NCBI GenBank assembly: GCA_034660555.1 | Contig: JAYEJL010000087.1 | Location: 1-12,578, forward strand | DNA length: 12,578 bases | Direction: 5' to 3' | Origin: Thermotogota bacterium | GTDB taxonomy: Bacteria; Thermotogota; Thermotogae; Petrotogales; Kosmotogaceae | Part shown: one piece after another, positions 9,201 through 12,578 of the stretch | How the letters are laid out: each line of letters begins with the position of its first letter | Position numbering within the stretch: position 1 is the first letter of the stretch | Notes under the pieces: model-generated | Told to the model about the DNA's origin: nothing | The model's input: the letters and a program-made list of their open reading frames with translations, nothing else | The model's database searches: none | Translations under genes and position numbers: made by a program

Positions 9201-9496
9201 TTAATTCTAAGATAGTTTCTAAATGGATAATAGAAAATTGTCCTGAATTACAAGGAGGAACCAGAGAACTAAGTAAGATTTTCTTTGAAAATATTCCTCT
9301 ACCAAGTCCGTCCACAAATAACTCAATAGCAAAAAAAATTACTAACCTAGTTGATGAAATCATCTCAGAGAAGGAAAAAGATAAAGACACTTCTAAGCTT
9401 GAAGAAAATATTGATTATCTTGTATATGAATTTTATGATCTTAATTCAGGTGAGATTGATGTTATTGAAAAATCAGTCGAAAATATCCGAAAATAG
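6272..9496 (+). CDS. Eco57I/TaqI-like N6-adenine DNA methyltransferase with C-terminal target-recognition domain (Type IIG-like RM protein); N-terminus possibly truncated
   Basis: PFLNGGLF, DPEMLG.ILENLL, motif X GSYYTP, motif I IDPACGSGAF, YGVD, motif IV FDIVIGNPPY (gamma order), DIYCLFYERG, TaqI_C-like RGVLTG..AF/PILRGKDIKRY/EKIVYP. No SD near the ATG. Confidence 0.9.
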   Translation: MGFRSFLQQVLDTTNYINKITYIGHDKDLNINIYEIDHESEHDPRVSLTKETFRLMAELNHSKSLAVFKSRNSDNYRFSFISVDLKEKEGKVVKEFSNPRRYSFFLGPQAKIHTPEQFLRKKGRVKSLEDLENRFSVEVVNKEFYKNIAIKFTELVGGTRVYNGKQTDFEPALKMPGNPSHKTMQEFGVRLIGRIVFCWFLKKKVSYDNTPLIPNDLLNKKTAQKELSFGYYHNVLEPLFFETLNTPMDERSYEFFNYIHDDLHSLFRSVPFLNGGLFEPNRYDFYDSKDGISNYLNTLNIPDKWFVDLFEILELFNFTIDEATDYDIELSVDPEMLGRILENLLAEINPESQKTARKMTGSYYTPREIVDFMVKESLKEYLSSETGIDTKKIEQLLTLETDPELRLEEKKNLIDTIDSMKVIDPACGSGAFPMGILNKLLMILDKVDPKNTLWLEKQLNISDPILKHEVTQSLENENKEYIRKLSLIQKVIYGVDNQEMAIDMAKLRVFLSLVVDSRLENKKENRGLKPLPNLDFKFVCADTLIDYNRESSTKTSLGYNLNKIDKLEQLREEYFTSSGKQKERIQKEFLETQKQIFTSADQWGLANDYISKIISWNPFSYKPSSWYNPKWMFNVKSFDIVIGNPPYIQLQKNHGGLADKYNDHKYLTFARTGDIYCLFYERGTQLLKENGILTFISSNKWMRAAYGKKLREFFINETKPLKLVDLSGYKVFESATVDTCVVILQKQKNKNHSMKAVAIKDDFNIKSLSDYVKEKSINISELTQENWVILSNKEMKIKKKIESIGKPLKDWDINIFRGVLTGYNPAFIIDTETKERLCKEDPNSEKLIKPILRGKDIKRYQAKWKKLWLIATFPALKINIEDYPAIKKHLLSFGKERLAQEGKTLSNCTKSRKKTGNKWFETQDQIGYHKEFEKEKIVYPNMSKYLPFYLDRKKFYTNQKCFIITNNENLRFLTGFFNSKIVSKWIIENCPELQGGTRELSKIFFENIPLPSPSTNNSIAKKITNLVDEIISEKEKDKDTSKLEENIDYLVYEFYDLNSGEIDVIEKSVENIRK

Positions 9497-9524
9497 TTAT
9501 CATTATATAGTGAGGGGTTTATTA

Positions 9525-9656
9525 ATGAAAAAAAGCCTTAAATCTCGTATTCTCAGACTGGATAAACATATAAAAAGACAAAGCTTTAACCATAGTTTTA
9601 TTGGACAGAATTACACACAATGCCTTAACAATAAACATGACAGAAAACATTTATAG
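9525..9656 (+). pseudogene. Short ORF (43 aa, MKKSLKSRILRLDKHIK...), possibly a gene remnant
   Basis: GAGGGG SD (9512-9517) before ATG 9525; ORF ends inside the left edge of repeat copy 2. Confidence 0.3.
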
Positions 9657-9744
9657 AAGAACAAAAAACAATACCCAGGAGAGGTAAGGGGTTAATTACT
9701 TATGACCCTGGGGGGTCAATAAACTATTGACTATATACACTGGA
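9643..9744 (+). repeat. Structured ~95-bp non-coding element, copy 2
   Basis: See copy 1; outer stem CCCAGG/CCTGGG and perfect palindrome GTCAATA-aac-TATTGAC (9715-9731). Confidence 0.9.
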
Positions 9745-9755
9745 AAATGTAGTAT
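9727..9755 (+). promoter_or_regulatory. Sigma70-like promoter at the right end of repeat copy 2
   Basis: TTGACT (9727-9732), 17-bp spacer, TAGTAT (9750-9755); the -35 overlaps the GTCAATA/TATTGAC palindrome. Confidence 0.5.
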
Positions 9756-10026
9756 TCCTTTTTTACCAAATAATATGTATATTAACGGTTTGCCTATAAC
9801 TAGCTTTTTTATAACTCATTTTTGGTTAGATAAATGGGCTTATTATGGTGATTATGGTTGTTCTGCAACAGTTGATTCTCAGCTTTTTGGTTTTGCAAAA
9901 GTAGAAGGATTATCAGAAATTATTGATGGTAGAACATTAACATTAGAAATTAAAACACCCTCTGATAAAATATATTTCACTCTATCTCCTCAATTAGAGA
10001 AATATATTAACTTTATTGGTTTATAA
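9727..10026 (+). pseudogene. Probable 3' fragment of a hypothetical gene
   Basis: Protein-like reading frame to TAA 10026; its TTG start lies within the repeat/promoter; stop is followed closely by the next gene's RBS. Confidence 0.5.
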
Positions 10027-10038
10027 AGTGGTGAAGGC

Positions 10039-10941
10039 GTGAAAAAATAAACAATATTCATAATTTTGTCTTTTATGATTATTGGTATTCTTATTCTCAT
10101 AGCTGGATTAAATGGTTTGGACAAAAATAATGATGCCTTTAGTAACAAAGAATCATTACGATACACAGTATACAGTCAAGAAGATGAAAGTCATGCTGGA
10201 GCAAAACGTTATTCTGCAATTATTCTTCTAGATAAGCATTACACAAAAGAAGTAATTAAAACTATCATACAAGATGCAACTGAAAAAATTAAAGCATCTA
10301 ACTATTACCGAAATGAAAGTGTAAAAAACCAATGGTGAGAATCTCCTGCACATGTTGTATGGCTATCTCTGGCATATGAAGTAGAGGATATTCAAATTGC
10401 GAACTGGGTTTGTCAAATCAACTGGATAGATCCAAATTTATCCAAAAACATGCGGCCATCAGAACTAAACTATAATGATGAAATTGGAGAAATAAAAATT
10501 TTTTGGAATGATAATTATGAAATACAAAAAGAAAATTATGAAAAATATTTCAGTACAAAAGAAAAATATCTAGAGACCCTTGAACCTATTCTAGATAAGA
10601 TGCTTAATTACGGCAGGATGGCAATTGATTACTTTGAACAGTACAAACAAGGAAGTATATCAGAAAGCACTTTTATCTCAAAAATGCAGGAATCAGAAGG
10701 CAAAGTTACTGAGCTTTATTTTAAATCTGGAAATATTCCATTCCCTCCAATAGAATGGGAAGATTACGACCAAGCTTGTCAAAGTGTTTTTGCAATAGTC
10801 GATAACATGTTTTTATACTTTTCAGAAGAAGGGTTAAAAACATGGCCTAAAAGGAATAGGGATGAGCTAATGCAAAATGCAATAAAACATTATTATGAAG
10901 ACTTAGAAAAGGTCAGATTTGAAGAAAAGAAAATTCATTGA
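10039..10941 (+). pseudogene. ~300-codon N-terminally membrane-anchored hypothetical protein interrupted by two in-frame stops
   Basis: GTG 10039 gives MKK*TIFIILSFMIIGILILIAG (TAA at 10048); ORFs 10066-10338 and 10450-10941 are in the same frame, joined through one TGA (10336): NQW*ESPAHVVWLSLAYEVEDIQIANWVCQINWIDPNLSKNMRP. Confidence 0.8.
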
Positions 10942-10957
10942 TATGTGAGGTGGAAAG

Positions 10958-11167
10958 ATGAGTAAAGCAACTGGTTGTGCTGTGTCTTTTCTTGTCTTTC
11001 TTGCGATAATAATAATTATTTCACTTGCCACTATGGGTGGAGATAATAGTAAACCAACTGAAACTGATGCATATTATTTTGCAAGAGAATTTGTAAAAAA
11101 ACATTTAAAAGCACGACTTCTGGGACAGACTCCATTCTTTACCAACATTCTATCCGGCTGTTTATGA
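10958..11167 (+). pseudogene. Membrane-anchored hypothetical protein, probably 3'-truncated at ~11113
   Basis: Strong RBS GAGGTGG; TM segment then TDAYYFAREFVKKHLKA; afterwards runs into the TGGGACAG motif and sequence leading to the transposase repeats. Confidence 0.6.
11121..11133 (+). mobile_element. Candidate left terminal motif (TGGGACAGACTCC) of the Y1/RAYT element
   Basis: Resembles the GGGG(A/T)(C/G)A(C/G)-type short terminal motif I recall for some Y1 HUH transposase subclasses; lies where the upstream ORF loses coding character. Confidence 0.4.
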
Positions 11168-11210
11168 GTATTTGGGGCTATTTGGAATGAAGTAAAATAA
11201 CAGAAAGGTT

Positions 11211-11300
11211 GATTTGCGATTTGATAAGCAATCGGATATGCTGCTTGAGGAACAGCAGGATATGCATGCCAGGAGAAGGCATGGATATGCGACTACGTCG
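11211..11300 (+). repeat. Tandem array of four hairpins joined by a constant GAT(A/T)TG linker
   Basis: GATTTG-CGATT/AATCG, GATATG-CTGCT/AGCAG, GATATG-CATGCC/GGCATG, GATATG-CGAC/GTCG; unit lengths 24, 24, 25, 17. Confidence 0.85.
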
Positions 11301-11303
11301 GAG

Positions 11304-11385
11304 ACACCCCTCCCCGCTTTGCGGTACTCCCCTCAAGTGGAGACTACCCCTAGCCACTTAAAGCAACTCTTTTCAAGGAAAGATT
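11304..11385 (+). repeat. REP-like ACACCCC / TCAA-loop hairpin units (one clear, one degenerate)
   Basis: ACACCCC, CCGC-ttt-GCGG, CTCCCC-tcaa-GTGGAG; then ACCCC ... TCTTTT-caag-GAAAGA; counterpart at 12356-12399. Confidence 0.7.
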
Positions 11386-11444
11386 TTTTAATAGCGCTTG
11401 TATACAGTATAATTTGAGATAGACAAATCAAATGAGGTGGAACT

Positions 11445-12170
11445 GTGCCGAGGAATGCGAGGATTGTTTTTAAGGGGATAGCTCATCACATTACTCAACG
11501 TGGCAATTACAGACAAAACATTTTTTCAGAGGATGAAGATAGGGAAAAATATATCGAGTTTCTAAAGAAATATTCAAGGAAGTACAAGTTGAAGATATAT
11601 GCTTATTGTCTTATGACCAATCATGTTCACTTTATTGCTGTTCCTGAGAAGGAGGATTCTCTTGCTTTTACCTTTAAATATACCAATATGTGTTATTCCA
11701 ATTATTATCACAGGAAAAACAGGAAATCAGGTCATTTATGGCAGAGCAGGTTTTATTCCTGCCCTTTACATTACAATCATGCAGTTGAAGCCTTGAGATA
11801 TGTGGAGAGGAATCCTGTTCGAGCAAAGATGGTTGAGTTTCCCTAGGATTATAAATGGCCCAGTGCCAGAGCTCATGTATTAGCTTCTATTGATGAAAAA
11901 ACAGGTGATGGACCAAGAAAGAAAAATAATGAGAAAGAACCTTCATTTTACTCCTGTACACTTCCTTTGTATTCTCTTAATGATTTAGATGTCAACTGGA
12001 GTCCTGAAGGTTGGAAAGATTATTTAGGTTATCCAGATGATGAGGATTTTCTTTCCAAGATGAGAAGCAATACGTTTTCAGGAAAACCTTTCTTTGGTGA
12101 TACTTTGCTTGAGAAAGTTGAAGAGAAGTTGGGGGTTTCTTTGAGGAGAAAGATATCTAAGAAAAAATGA
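11445..12170 (+). pseudogene. REP-associated tyrosine transposase (RAYT; IS200-like Y1 HUH superfamily) with one premature TAG
   Basis: MPRNARIV, HHITQRGN.RQ.IF, AYCLMTNHVH (HUH), GHLWQSRFYS, RYVERNPVRA (catalytic Tyr), P*DYKWPSARAH, RSNTFSGKPF. ORFs 11445-11846 and 11967-12170 are in frame across TAG 11844-11846. RBS GAGGTGG; TATAAT at 11408-11413. Confidence 0.9.
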
Positions 12171-12229
12171 CGTCCAACGTTCCACTTGGTCCACGGTCCA
12201 ACGCTTGTTATTACAAGCTTCGTCCATCG
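12171..12229 (+). repeat. Degenerate GTCCA-core short repeats with an internal hairpin (related block at 12533-12578)
   Basis: cgtccaa, cgttcca, ggtccac, ggtccaa, cgtccat; hairpin GCTTGT-tatt-ACAAGC at 12203-12218. Confidence 0.7.
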
Positions 12230-12301
12230 ACAATTCAACAATGCAAATAACGTTGTCGGTTGTCCGTTGTAGGTTGTTCGGAAGTTCAAGTGCTAAATGC
12301 T

Positions 12302-12329
12302 GATATGCGAATCTAACGATTCGGGTATG
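12302..12329 (+). repeat. GATATG-hairpin unit downstream of the transposase
   Basis: GATATG-CGAATC-taac-GATTCG-GGTATG, the same grammar as 11211-11300. Confidence 0.8.
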
Positions 12330-12355
12330 AGCTTCGCAGTTAAAGATCAAAAATC

Positions 12356-12399
12356 ACACCCCCAGCTAAGCACAGCTGGCCACCCTCAAGGGTGGAATC
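12356..12399 (+). repeat. REP-like ACACCCC / TCAA-loop double hairpin
   Basis: ACACCCC, CCAGCT-aagcac-AGCTGG, CCACCC-tcaa-GGGTGG. Confidence 0.75.
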
Positions 12400-12472
12400 C
12401 TCAAAATAGACGAAACACGTTGTACGATAGTTCGTTGTAGGTTGTTCGGAAGCTCAGAAAATGAAAAACAAG

Positions 12473-12522
12473 AACCGAGAAGGACCAAGGAGACGAGAGT
12501 CCGAGAAACCGAGAACCCGAGA
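12473..12522 (+). repeat. Degenerate CCGAGA-core short tandem repeats
   Basis: aaccgagaa, gacgagag, tccgagaa, accgagaa, cccgagag; about 8-nt period near the end. Confidence 0.7.
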
Positions 12523-12578
12523 GTAAAAACAACGTCCATCGTCCAACGCTCACCTTGCAGCTCGCTTGGTCCATCGAA

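Larger units (their letters stand above)
12251..12456 (+). repeat. Direct repeat of a GTTGT-iterated block (12251-12288 and 12418-12456)
   Basis: Identical 20-mer CGTTGTAGGTTGTTCGGAAG at 12265-12284 and 12433-12452, each preceded by further (C/G)GTTGT units. Confidence 0.85.

Noticed and set aside
1394..9390. Minus-strand ORFs 1394-1630, 2979-3503, 4650-4880, 5241-5462, 6726-6914, 7360-7707, 8039-8233, 9136-9390 and plus-strand 3318-3527
   Set aside because: Shadow frames overlapping well-supported genes, with no motifs.
9351..9524. 5' part of the 101-aa ORF 9351-9656
   Set aside because: Overlaps the MTase end; the only SD-supported start is ATG 9525.
6180..9744. Integron attC sites
   Set aside because: No paired RYYYAAC/GTTRRRY ends bounding the hairpins and no integron integrase in the window.
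11398..11413. LexA/SOS box at the transposase promoter
   Set aside because: TTGTATACAG does not fit CTGT-N8-ACAG or GAAC-N4-GTTC.
11214..11417. 67-aa ORF
   Set aside because: Runs through the hairpin/REP array; better explained as non-coding repeats.
10039..11846. Stop-codon reassignment, selenocysteine (TGA 10336) or pyrrolysine (TAG 11844) readthrough
   Set aside because: Three different stop codons are involved. TGA and TAG terminate clear genes in the window (feoA, nucleotidase, MTase). The TAG position fits Trp.
12029..12350. Minus-strand ORFs 12029-12289 and 12078-12350
   Set aside because: Antisense to the transposase tail and repeat mosaic; no motifs.
11211..12578. CRISPR array
   Set aside because: Constant parts are only 6-20 nt, there is no regular repeat-spacer period of CRISPR size, and no cas genes are present.

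Overview
AT-rich bacterial window with two parts. 1-5650 is housekeeping-like. It carries a DtxR/MntR-family metal-dependent repressor and a feoA-feoA-feoB ferrous iron uptake operon, each preceded by the same GTTAG-N6-CTAAC palindrome. feoB is split into a GTPase gene and a membrane-domain gene with its own RBS. A secreted, C-terminally anchored 5'-nucleotidase/metallophosphoesterase and a bidirectional terminator follow. 5650-12578 is a decaying accessory region. It holds a small hypothetical gene on the minus strand and a 1074-aa Eco57I/TaqI-like N6-adenine methyltransferase (Type IIG-like RM). That gene is bracketed by two direct copies of a ~95-bp structured non-coding element. After it come several truncated or nonsense-interrupted genes and a HUH/Y1 REP-associated tyrosine transposase (RAYT-like) with one premature TAG. 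The transposase is flanked on both sides, in direct orientation, by the same composite hairpin module: GATATG-linked variable hairpins followed by an ACACCCC/TCAA-loop REP-like unit. Short degenerate repeats run to the window end. All calls come from reading the sequence and motifs by eye; no database searches were run.
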